Below are positions 31,407 to 43,000 of a stretch of 64,000 nucleotides of DNA, one piece after another (the stretch's first letter is position 1; every line of letters starts with the position of its first letter). Where the stretch lies: positions 124,001-188,000 of the forward strand of contig OZ025712.1 in NCBI GenBank assembly GCA_964019335.1. Reading direction: 5' to 3'. A program made the translations under genes and the position numbers. Under the pieces are notes generated by a model that was not told the origin of the DNA, did not search any database, and was given only the letters and a program-made list of their open reading frames with translations. This stretch comes from Diplonema japonicum. Lineage: Eukaryota > Protista > Euglenozoa: Diplonemea.

Positions 31407-32101
31407 CTATTCCTTCTTGTCCTCCTTCTTCTCCTCTTCCTTCTTCTCCTCCTTGGGCTCCTCAGTGGTGTTCTCCTGTTTTTGTTGAGAGGTGAGTTTT
31501 TTCTTGCCACTGGCATACCGTGGATGAAGAGCCAGCGTTGGCAGCTGCGGCGGCCTCGTAGTCCTTCTTCCCGCACTCCATCACGAGCTTCTGCACCTTG
31601 TCGGTGGCCTCCTGGAGCTGCTCCGCGGAGGAGGACTCGTTGTTCAAGAGGTCCCTCGCCTCCTGAACTGCCTCCTTCACCTCCTGCTTCTCCGCCTCCG
31701 ACACGTGCTTCCAGTCCTCGAGAGCCTTCTCCGCCTGAACCACCTGTGTCTCCACTGTGTTCTTCGCCTCAACAGCCTCCCTCTTCTTCGTGTCCTGCTC
31801 CTTCATGTCCTCCGCGTCCCTGATCATCCTCTCGATCTCTTCCTTGTTCAGGCCACCGCTCGACTGGATGCGCACGTTCTGCTCCTTCCCGGTCGCCTTG
31901 TCCTTCCCGGACACGGTGCAGATCCCGTTCGCGTCGATGTCGAACGTCACCTCGATCTGAGGAACACCACGCGGTGCGGGGGGAACGCCAGTCAGGTCGA
32001 ACTGACCGAGGACCTGGTTGTCCGCAGCCATCTCCCTCTCTCCCTGAAGCACCTTGATCCCGACCTGGCTCTGGTTGTCAGCGGCGGTCGAGAACACCTG
32101 T

Positions 32102-32151
<50 letters not shown>

Positions 32152-33543
32152 ATGTTATTAGTATTGGTTGGCTTACCTGGCTCTTCTTCGTGGGGATGGT
32201 GGTGTTCTTGGGGATGAGACGGGTGAACACACCACCGAGGGTCTCGATACCTGTTGTTGTTGTTGTTGTTGTTGTTGTGTTCCTTTTTTGCTGAACATAC
32301 CAAGAGAAAGAGGAGTAACGTCAAGGAGGAGGAGACCACCAACGTCACCCTTGAGGACACCGCCCTGGATGGCTGCCCCCATGGCGACCACCTCGTCAGG
32401 GTTCACACCCTTGAAGGGCTCACGCTTGAAGATGTCCTTCACCAGCTCCTGGACCTTGGGCATACGGGACATCCCACCGACAAGGATCACCTCCTCGATC
32501 TCGTTCACGGAGAGACCAGAGTCCTTCAAGCACACCTCACACGGCTTCTTCGTGCGAGAGATGAGCCCATCAACGAGCCCCTCGAGCTTCGACCTCGTCA
32601 TCGTCTCCTGCAAGTGCTGGGGACCAGACTCGTTCGCGGAGATGTAGGGAAGGTTCACCTCAGTCTGCATCGACGAGGACAGCTCCATCTTAGCCTTCTC
32701 CGCTGCCTCCCTCACCCTCTGCAGGGCCATCTTGTCCTTCGTGAGGTCGATCCCGACCTGCTTCTTGAAGCTGTCGGTGAGGTAGGTCGTGATCGCCATG
32801 TCGAAGTCCTCCCCGCCGAGGAAGGTGTCACCGTTGGTCGCCTTCACCTCGAACACCCCACCGCTCACCTCCAAGATCGACACGTCGAAGGTACCACCCC
32901 CAAGGTCGTACACAGCGACCACCTTGTCCTCCCCGCTCTTGTCCATCCCGTAGGCGAGGGCCGCCGCCGTAGGCTCGTTGATGATACGGGTCACGTTCAG
33001 CTTCGCGATGCTCCCAGCGTCCTTCGTCGCCTGCCTCTGCGAGTCGTTGAAGTAGGCGGGAACCGTGATCACCGCGTTGGGGACAGACGACCCCACGTGG
33101 CCCTCCGCCGTCTCCTTCATCTTCTCAAGCACGAACGAACCGATCTGGCTCGGGCTGTACTCCTTCCCGTTGCTGTCCTGAACCCACGCGTCTCCGTTTC
33201 CGGCCCTCGTGATCTTGAACGGGACCTGCTTCTGGTCCTCCTTCGTCTCCTTGTCGTCGTAGCCCCTTCCGATCAAACGCTTGACAGCGTAGAAGGTGTT
33301 CGCTGGGTTCGTCACCGACTGCCTCTTCGCCGCCAGACCCACCAGCCTCTCAGACCCCTTGAACGCCACGACGGACGGCGTCGTCCTGAAACCCTCGCTG
33401 TTCTCGATCACACGCGGCGCAGACCCCTCCATGATCGCCACGCACGAGTTAGTTGTCCCAAGGTCGATCCCGATCACGTGCCCGGTCACCTTGCTGCAGT
33501 ACCCCCTGCGGGCAGGGGCCATCGCGGTGCGCATACGCAACAT
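31407..33543 (-). CDS. mtHSP70: Mitochondrial Hsp70 copy B (654 aa); exons 33543-32301, 32250-32177, 32097-31519, 31475-31407
   Basis: Same motifs as copy A; introns of 50, 79 and 43 nt, all GT-AG and in correct phase. Confidence 0.96.
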
Positions 33544-33824
33544 TTTAGATAGAGAAATAAATGCTGCGAATTATTGAAGTTAAGGCGAGGAGAGAGAAAG
33601 TAAAAAAAAATACAAGAAAGAAGGCCCATTGGCCCATGAAGGTACGGGAAGAGAAGCTCGACGTGTCAAAAACTGTGTGGTCGAGAGGAAGAGGGAGAGT
33701 GAAGGAGCTTTTTTCTCTGTCGCGGCTGCCCTCTTTTATAGAGGTAATCCTCTGTTTGTTGAGTGTGTGCGGCCTTTTGTAGAAAATCACAGAAAAAAGA
33801 AAGCTCAACTCACTTCAAGATAGC

Positions 33825-34814
33825 TCACTTACGAGGAGCGACAGGTGCAGCGGTGTACAACACCTTCCCATGAGTGTCATGGTACTTGATGGTGGTGGCT
33901 GTCTCCGTGGCGGTGAGGGAGGCGAACCCGCCGTCGGCGCCGTAGGTGTTGCCACTGTCCATGTGGAACTTCATAGAGTCCTTCGGGACCCTGTGGGTGT
34001 TTGAGGGGTTGTAGCAGCACTCCTTCCCAGCGCCCGCGAGAACGAGGGCCTTGTTGTCGACAACGAAGTGTCCCTGGCAGTGGTCGTGGCCTGCCAGGTA
34101 CCCGCTGGCGTCGTACTTCGTGAGGAGGGGAAGCACGTCGTCGATGAGCTGCTGCGTGGGGCCGTGCGAGCACTGCGAGTAGATAGGGTAGTGCCCCGAC
34201 ACCCACAGGTAGTCGGCCGTCGACTTCGCCATCGTCGCCTCCAACCACTGCAGCTGTGACTCCTTCGCAGCCATATCGGGTGTCCCGGTGTACTTCACGA
34301 ACTCGCCCGTCGCGTCGTCTCGGTAGGACTGCCCCCCGAACACCACAGTGTCGATGTAGATCACTTGCGTCGACACATTCTTCCCTGTCGAGGTCACGAA
34401 GGACTCGGTGAAGGTGTAGTACAGGGAGGGGAAGGTCCACCTCTTCGAGAGGTGCGTGTAGGCGATCTGCGCCGTCACGTTCCCCTTGTGGTCGTGGTTC
34501 CCCGCCACTGCGTACCACGGGACCTGCAGGCTTGCGTCCGTGAACACGTTCTCGTAGGTTTCCTTGAACCTCGCCGAGTGCACGTCGGTGTCAATCCCAG
34601 CGTCGTAGAAGTTGTCCCCCATCGCCATCACAAAGCGGATCCCGCCAAGGGACTGCGCCACAGCTCCCATCCCCTTGTTGTTGTCAACCTCACCAGGGGC
34701 GGTCGGATCCTGGTCGCTGTTTCCACCCCAGTCCCCAAGGGCAAGGAAGCTCATCGAATCGGCAGCAGCGGCAACGCCCACCACAGCCAGCATCGTCACC
34801 ATCTTCATGGACAT
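33825..34814 (-). CDS. ACP5: Secreted purple acid phosphatase (ACP5/TRAP-type metallophosphoesterase, 329 aa)
   Basis: Signal peptide; GDWG, GDNFY, VAGNHD, VSGHYP and LAGHDH metal-binding motifs. Confidence 0.92.
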   Translation of the reverse strand: MSMKMVTMLAVVGVAAAADSMSFLALGDWGGNSDQDPTAPGEVDNNKGMGAVAQSLGGIRFVMAMGDNFYDAGIDTDVHSARFKETYENVFTDASLQVPWYAVAGNHDHKGNVTAQIAYTHLSKRWTFPSLYYTFTESFVTSTGKNVSTQVIYIDTVVFGGQSYRDDATGEFVKYTGTPDMAAKESQLQWLEATMAKSTADYLWVSGHYPIYSQCSHGPTQQLIDDVLPLLTKYDASGYLAGHDHCQGHFVVDNKALVLAGAGKECCYNPSNTHRVPKDSMKFHMDSGNTYGADGGFASLTATETATTIKYHDTHGKVLYTAAPVAPRK

Positions 34815-35433
34815 GGTATCTGGTGAGCTGATGTACTCTTTTGAACGAAAAAAAAAAAGAAGAAGAATGGATATGAAAAAAAGGTACAAATGTAAAATAA
34901 AAAAGAAAGAAAGAAAGAAAAGCGGGAAGGGCGCAAGAGGATGAAAGGGACAAAAAAAGGTAGGAAATGACGAAGCGTTTTGGCACGGCTGCGCGCTCAA
35001 CTCATTTATATTCTCTAGAAAAAAAAAGGGGGTAGGGGACACAGGAGGGAGGGGAAGAAGTAAAAAAAAAGAAGATAAAAACGGGGAACAAGAGAGGACA
35101 ACGTAATATGTTGGGAAAAGGGGGGGGTTTTGTGGGAGTTTCTACTTCAAAAAAGTTTCTTTTTTTTTTTTTTTAAATTTTGAAGGGACAAAAGTGGAGG
35201 GGAAACACAGGGAAAATAATAGGGATGGGGAACAACAACTGTGAATGAAGTAAAAAAAGAGAAGGAAAAAAAAATTATGGATTTCTGTTGATTTCTTTGA
35301 AATATCTAATTTCGTTATTAGAAAGTAGGAAACCCGTATACAGTGGAAGGGGTGTGGATGAGAACTGCACAACAAATAGAAACAAAGTAGCTTTTTTTTT
35401 TTTTTTTTTTTTTTTTCTTTCCGTCTAACGCAT

Positions 35434-37356
35434 TTACTGCAGACGTCTCGGCGAGACGCCAGTGACACGGGGGCTCCTGGTGTCGTGGACTCGGTAGGGG
35501 CTGGTGGAAGGAATGGTACGTGTGCCATGGAAGGCAGTGGCCTCGGAGCGCAGCTTTGCCTCCTTCTCTTCAAGGGATTCACGCTGCTCCCTCAGCCTGA
35601 CTTCCTGTTCCAGGAGGGGCTTCTCTTGGTCCTCGACCTGCTTCCTCCTCTGCAGCGCAGCCTGCTTCTCCGCCTCCTGCGCCACTACCTTCTTGTCCTG
35701 GTCCTCCACCGCTCTCTGCGCTTCCAGGTGCCTCATGTGCGCCTGCTGCTCACCATCCCTGCTCACCTGCAGGAGCCTGTCCTCCTCGTCTCTCCTGTAC
35801 TTCTCCCTGTCAGTGGTGACCGCGGCCTCCTTCGATCTCCCATCAAGGTCCCTCTCCCTGGCAACCCTCTGCTGCAGCTCGAGTTCCGCCTGGTTCAACC
35901 TGTCCTGTGCCAGCTCCGTCTGCCTCTTCTCCTCTAGCAGAGAAAGGTTCGCGTGCTGCTCCCTGTCCCTCGTGGCTTGCAGGTCTGCCGTCGCCTCAGC
36001 CTCAGCCCTCCTGCACCTCTCGGTCTCCCTCTGGGACTCCAACATGAGCTGAGCGCACTGCCTCTCCTTATCTTGAGACGCAGCCTGCTCGGCCTCTTGC
36101 TGAGCAAGCGCTTGCTCGGCTCTATCAGTGTCCCTTTGGGTCTCGTTGTGAGCAAGAGTGCGCTGCCTCTCCCTCTCCTTAGCAAGGTCAAGGTCCTGAG
36201 CACGCTGGCTCCTCTCCCTCAGAGCGGCCTCAGTGTCTCTCTGCCCGTCGAGCAGCCTGTTCTTGGACTCCCTCTCGGATTCCACGATCTCAGCGAGCTG
36301 CAATTCACCTTGAGCAAGGCGCTTCTCCTGAGCATTGGTGGCGTGCTGCGCTTCAGCGTGCGTGATGTGCGCCTGCTTCTCGGCTTCCTTCTGCGCCTCG
36401 AGCTCCTCGCGCGCAGTCTTGATTTCCTGCTTCTGCCTGAAGTCTTCCCAGTGGTCCCTAGCACGGAAGTAAATCGAGTCGAGGAGGGTAGGGTACATCT
36501 CGGTGAAGCGCTGCCATTCGTTGAAGGAGATGACGCCGTCGTGGTTGGTGTCGGCCTTGCCGAAGAGGTCGATGACGGTGGCCGCAGACAGGTCGAAGTT
36601 GAAGACCCTGAAGCCCCTCTTGAACTCCTCGGCCTCGATCACCTTGTTGGTGTTGACGTCGAGTTCCTCGAACACAGCACGCGTCTTCTCGTCGTGTGTG
36701 GCGTTGTCGGGGAGGATGGGCACGATCTGCGAAGCGGCGGGGCCAACGGTAGCGACGGCCATGGCGGTGGGCACCGAGGGTGTGGCAGGGACAACACTGG
36801 GAACACCGTGTGCTGCGGTGGTAGTAGTGGCAGCGGCATAAGCAGGCCCAACGGCACCTGGCCTGCTAGGAGGGGGAATGGCCTTCTGGACCTCGTGGTG
36901 CCAGGGCGCCTCCTTCTGGAACGCGTAGAGCTGCAAATAAATTTACTCTATTCTGCAACACCATACCTGGATGCCCTCCTTCAGCTGGGTGGCCGTCTGA
37001 AGATCAGCCCACCTGAGGAGACTTTCGTCGTAAGCCTGGATTCTGCTGAGCTGGAACGCCGCCTGTGCGTGATAAGTAAAGAAATGACACAAAAAAAAGG
37101 GGGAGGGGCAAAAACACAAATCCATACATGCACTGGGACATCAGTGGGCCTGTGCACCTGCATCTCAGCGTTGTAGGTAGCGGCAATGTGGGACTCAAGC
37201 TCCGCAATCGACGGGATGCGAGGGAACTGCACCTCAAGGTTGTGCTGTTGGTGGGGGGGGGGGGTTGAAAAAGAATTAAGGGAGGGGGAGAAAAAAAAAT
37301 CACACCTTGACACCAAACATGTCAGCAGCGCACAAAATAGTGAACGGAGTGGCCAT
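35434..37356 (-). CDS. BILBO1: BILBO1 homologue (586 aa): ubiquitin-like NTD, two EF-hands, long coiled coil; exons 37356-37306, 37244-37128, 37062-36967, 36930-35434
   Basis: Spliced NTD AADMFGVKHNLEVQFPRIPSIAEL...RPTDVP...YDESLLRWADL...QLYAFQ...WH matches the BILBO1 NTD pattern; EF loops DVNTNKVIEAEE and DTNHDGVISFNE; introns 61, 65, 36 nt. Confidence 0.87.
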
Positions 37357-37544
37357 TTTTTTTTTAAAGTTTCTTTTCTTCCCTCTTTTGTTGTTTCGGT
37401 TCGCAAAGATAACCTTTTTTTTTTGATGGAGTTTTTCGTGCGTTTTTTTTCTTCTTCTTTTTTTTCTCTGCATGCACACAAATAAAAAAAAAGGAGAAAA
37501 AAAAAAAACTTAGGCGCCTAAAAAAGAGAGAAAAAAAAAAAAGT

Positions 37545-39785
37545 TCATTATGATAGGAACGAAGTGGTTAGCAACGACCCGCCATAAAATATATGATCTC
37601 GTCGGGGGCGAGAGTCCCTCTGTGGCAATGAAGTCTACGGCCAGCTCAAGCCTGGAGACCTGTCCACCTGTTGTGCCCCAGTGAAGGGCCGAGAGCCATC
37701 GGATGACGTGCGGGAAGTACTGCTGCCTCAAACCATTGTCGTAGTACCACCTCAGTGACCGCGGCTTGAGCAAACACCCCTTCTCGAAGGGCCTGTTCCA
37801 CAAGTGAACACTGAAGTCCACTGTCTTCTTTCGTGCAAAGGCGAGTTGCAAGTTGCCAGTAATTTCCGCCATCATTAGCTGTAACTCAGCTGTTTCCAGC
37901 ACGAGTCCCCCCGTCGCAATGCCATGCAGTTGTGTGCACCGTGGCCACTGGTTACGTTGTGCGCATAGTGCCGCCCGCTCCTCGGATGCTGTCCTGATGT
38001 GCTCGTGCGCCTGGCAGTCCCAGAGGGTGTGCTCCAGGAGCCTTGACGTATGTTGCGAAATGTCGAAAGTAGCGTCGCATCCCATGCATTTCGTCCGCCC
38101 CCCGACCGCGTCGTTGATGACCTTGGGATGGAACGGGGAAACGGCCCCCACTATCACCTGTAGCACCCTTCGAGCTTTGGGCGGATTTCGGGTCGCCAGG
38201 TGCAAGTGTAGCTCGTTGGTGGCCTTCTCGTCGATGTTGCCCGTCCCCTGAAAGGAGGGTCTGCTCTCTTCTAGGGCCGTTCGCAGGTGGACCTTCAGGA
38301 GCTTCCTGACCTCCTGCGTTCTCTGCAGTTGGAGCACTTTAACCTGCATCTCCGCGGCGTCCCTGGCCAAATCCACCGACGGCGCCGCGTTCTCTGGTCT
38401 GACGCATTGATTCACCGCTCGTCGCACCACGTTGTCCCAAGCTTTAGATTTCATGCGGAGGGGCTCCACATAGAGGCTTCAGCCGCCTGATTATAGCCGC
38501 ACAGCCTACGCGAATTTTCTCGAGCGCCAGATGTCTTTTCGAGACCGCACCCATACTGTGCGCTGTGGCAGGCGCCGTTATGCACTTGAGAGTCGGCTCG
38601 CCCAGACTCCCTCGCCCAAGGTAGCTCGGATTAAAGCTTTCCCTTGACGTTCCCAGTAGGTGCCGTTCGCAAATCGAGGAAAGGAACTGGTAGGCGCTGT
38701 CCATGTCATCCAGCTCCCTGAAAGACGCCAGCGTTTGTAGGAGGTCCGCGGGCGGGGGGCGCCTTTGCCCGGCCGGAGCCGGGGCAATCTGCCTAGGAAT
38801 GGAAAACCGGTAGGTTGTTTGCTTGAGCGCTGTGATTCCTAGCCTAAGCCTAAGAGCATGGTGTGAGGGAACCCCGATGTCGACCGTTTCGCAGTTCTTC
38901 AACGTGTGGGCCGCAACCCTGTTAAGCATTTGCTGAGGAGGCGGCTGGCGTGCAGCCAGTCCACGCGCACCCTTGCAGTTGCTCGCTGCGCCGTCCTCTC
39001 GACCCGCCATACGTTGTCCCTCGTGACCTCGTAGGCTTCCTGTTTGTCCTTAGCAGCTAGCATCGCCATCCTGGCCACTGCCTCCCCGTCCGTAGTTCTC
39101 GCCCACTGCTCGTTGGAGCAAAAGTCCTTGGCGACAATCGCCACGAGGACCACTGTCCTGTTCGTGCGCGTCTTGGGCTTGTCCCCGTCGGCCATCGTCG
39201 GGTCGTAGTGATCGCCGGACGTCCACAGGGTTTTGATGCCTCTGCTAGTGGGGGTCGCAACCTCCCTGGCGCCCTCGAACCGGGTTGTTGAGACGACGCG
39301 GTGGTCCAGCTCCAGGCTCGCCAACCTCGCCGCTAGGACTTCGGGGTCGGGACAGTTGAAGTAGATCCCCTTGAGAAGTGGTTCGGGGACTTCGTTGAAA
39401 ATGGGCGCGCCGCTCCAGTGTTTCGCGTCCAGGGAGGTCTTTGGTGGGGGGCCTCTCAGTTTGTCAGCCCACGTGGAGGTCACAGGTCGCTTCTGCTGGT
39501 CTGGCTTCCTGGGTTTGATTGGTTGCCCGACCGTCTGCCACTTCCCGGCCTTTTGGTGCTGCGGTTGTTGTTGCTTGGCCGGGGTCTGCTTCTGTTGCTG
39601 TCCCTGCTTCTGTGGCTGTCCCTGCAGCTGCTTCTGTTGCTGTCCCTGCTGTCCTTTCATGAGCTTCAAAAGCAATCCAACAATCCTGGCGCATTCTCCG
39701 CTCCAAGCCCCCTGGCTTGCCAGTCTCTCTGCTTCGTCGAGCAGCTCTCCGATCAGCTTCCTATCCATTTTGGTGGGAAGACAAG
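37545..39785 (-). mobile_element. Internally deleted non-LTR (LINE-like) retrotransposon remnant
   Basis: GC-rich island with three overlapping frames: an ORF1-like piece (38899-39768), an endonuclease-tail-like VPSHHALRL, and a C-terminal CxxC...EHTLWDC zinc-knuckle-like motif. No RT core seen; ends approximate. Confidence 0.6.
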
Positions 39786-40066
39786 TTTTTTTTTTTTTTT
39801 TTTTGTTTATGATTATTATTATAATATATTATTTTATATTATTTATTAGTTTCTTGAGTTTATAGTATAGTCAAGTATGATTGATGTTCCACTCCCGTGT
39901 TGAAAGGAAGTAGAGATTAACCCCGTTAACGCCTATATTTATCAGCCACGGGGAGCGACCAATAAAGTACAGAAACTGTAGCTTTAGAATCGTTGGTAAA
40001 AAAAAAACCTGGAAAGATTTTTTATATAAAAAAAATTACTATTTTTTTTTCTTCTTCTTCTACTTC

Positions 40067-43000
40067 TCAAAGAAAAGTAGAAGGAAGACACAACTGAGCA
40101 GTATAAACCTCCGTCTAAAAAAAAAATTTTTTTTTTCAAGATTTCCCCATACCTCATGTAAATCGATGATAAACTGGGCTGCTTTTGCCACCTCATCCGA
40201 CGTGCCGTTCTCGAGAAACATTCGAAACTGCTTGGTCTCGGGCAGCTCATCACATGCTTGACACCAGTCAGAGAGACTTGGTGGGGTAGATTCGAAAAAA
40301 GCAAGGATGTCAACCATCCAGACAGGGGGGAATTGTATCAGGCTTCTCTTGTAACTGAACGGGAAGCAAAACACCCCGTCTCCACAAATACAAGTCACGC
40401 GCAAATATCCCGCTAAGTGTGCAAGAGCCAGCGCTTCATCGATTACAGTACCAACCAGGGGTCGGTTGGACCTGCAGCCAGATGCTTGATGTGAGAACGT
40501 GGCTGTTCCCGCTGCAACACCTAAGTGGGAGGTACCTGCAATGTCCAGCTGAAGGATGACGCGGATGATGGCATCGATCGCCTTATCAACTTTTTCGTGG
40601 GTTTGGTAAAATGCAATTGAAACCCCGCAGCCCGATATAGATGCAAGGAAACCCGTGTCGCGCAACAATTCTTCGCAGACCTCCACCACCCGCATCAGTC
40701 CTTCAAAGATCTCTTGCCGGGTGGTAGTGCAGCGTTTTACATGCAGCACCACAACCTCAACTTTATTAGTCTTCATCGACATCATGGCATCCTCTTCATT
40801 CTCCTCCGATTCGAACACATCCACAGTCGACTCCAGTACCTTCGTGTAGTGGTTCCTCACCGCATCAACACGATCGTGCAGCGAAGGGTGTATGATCCCT
40901 GCCACAGTGACCAACCCCACACCTTTAAACTCCATGTCGGGGAGATCGATGAATATGGGAATGCTTCCTTCCCGTGCGCTCAAACATGCGGCTGTGACAC
41001 TTGACGACACCAAGGCAAGACCGCCTATCGCAGCGTGTGCCAGTCTAGAAGCTTTGTTCGACGTGCTGCCGTGGTAGTCAAGTTTGTCGGTTAATATGTT
41101 CTTCTCGACGATGACGGGGCCGTAGTCGATTCCGATCTTCAGGCGGAGTCCGCACCACAGCATTTTTCTGCCGACACGTATGGGGGCGAAGGGCGCGAGT
41201 TCGAGGAGGTCAGCAGGCCAATCTGCCTCCACCATCGCAAGCTGCACTGTCGTCGCGAATTCAACAGCGCTGTTGCAGTCTGAGAACGCAAACATAAATG
41301 TGTCACCCATCGACTTCACCTCTCTCCCGTCGTACACCTTGACTTGCTCCCGCACGATGTCTCGATGCACGATGTTCGCCTTCGACATCTCCTCTTTGTG
41401 CTCTAGCCAGTGGGTTTCACCTAGTTCAACATGCGTGAATACAATGGCCATGAACCCATCTGGCGCCCTTGAGACCCTGGTATCCCTTGCAGCCCGCAGT
41501 GTCGGTACCGCAGAGACCCTTTCCGACGTCATTACAAGCGCCTCAGGTAGGTACATGCGGTACGTTCTTAAGGACTGAAGCAGTACCTCTAGCTTCGCGA
41601 AGGCGGCTTTGTTTCCCTCATCAACGACCCCCTTGCTGAACAGGTGTCGCTGTTTCTGACATGCATCGATGTCGAAAGACACAACGTCTGGCTCGATCTG
41701 CGCGATCAGCCTTTCAAAATGTATGAAAGCACAGCAGCGCGTCTGCAGTTCTGTCACGTACCCCATTCCGGTCACGTCGTAAACGGCCCTCTTGACGCTG
41801 TGCTCACTGTGCACGTCCAAGCCTAGCAGGTTGACTGCTACATATGACACGAAAAGGGCCCAGTATACCGCCCACAATGAGAGTAGCAGACCCCCCAGGC
41901 ATTGCACTCCGAAAGTGTCCAGATTGCCCGACACTATCCCCCCAGCGTCTGGGGATCTGCCGGCTTCTGAAAAAATCCCAGCGGCAACGCAACCCCAAAT
42001 ACCCCCCGCACAATAGATTGGAAACACATCTCCTTGGTAGCCGTACCTTTCTTGAAGAAAGTAGCTTGCGTGCATGATAAGCGCACCGATGGCGCCTGCT
42101 GCAGCTGAGCTGGATGGACGCATGTATGCACCACCGAAGCTGCAAGCGAGAAGGCCGGTAAGCATGCCGTTCAGCAGACGCCAGCTGAGGTTTGGAGCAG
42201 CGTTCCATTCGCTGAGCGCTACCATGAGTAAAACAACAAGCCCTCCTGCAGCGGATGCCACCGTGCTGTTGACAACCGTCTTGTTGACCACGTTAAAGTC
42301 CCAACTGTGCGGCGAAACGACGTTGTGGAAAAGAAGACACGACCACGCGATTGCGCCAGAGCTCCAGTACAGAACCTTGCTGAGAAAGACGTCGTGTTCA
42401 TTGTCTTTGTTTCTTCTATGCATCCTTGCGGGGGTTTTCGGTGCACGTACTTTCCACATGAACCCCACCATGTAGGCACCGGACACGATGTAGACATGCC
42501 CGTTGCTATAGTTCACAAACCCGTAGTCCACCAACCAGCCGTCATTGGTGCACCAGTGCGAAGCAACAGGGTACACGAACGCCACATATACCGCACATAT
42601 AAGGTTGAGAAATACACCTTGCGCTGGCAAGGTGCAGAGGAGGGCCAACCCCTGCAGCATCGCAACCAAGGAAGCAAAGTACCGCATGAGCGTCTCCTCT
42701 GTAGCTTTGTCAGGGTACTCCAGCATGGCGTACCGCCCCCCGATCAAGGCCCCCGGTCCCGTTTCAAAGTAAAACCCGACTATCCACCACAGCAGCATCC
42801 CGATCGACGTGAGCACAATGTGGTTTGCAATGGTCTCTGACATGAACCAAATGTGGGCCTGTTGTGTCCCAAAGACGATGACCAACGGGATCACCCGCCA
42901 GTGGAGGGCAGGGGCACCGCTTATTTTTGTAGGATTGAAAAAACCCAAGTACAACCATACTGTCAACAATATACAGAACCCACAGACACAAACGACCTTG

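Noticed and set aside
26824-33543. Hsp70 duplication as a pure assembly artefact
   Set aside because: Copies have different flanks and stop codons, a few SNPs, and a TSD-flanked insertion in only one copy
37547-39813. TTATGAT as target-site duplication of the LINE remnant
   Set aside because: Short AT-rich match in AT-rich flanks, and element ends cannot be fixed from one copy
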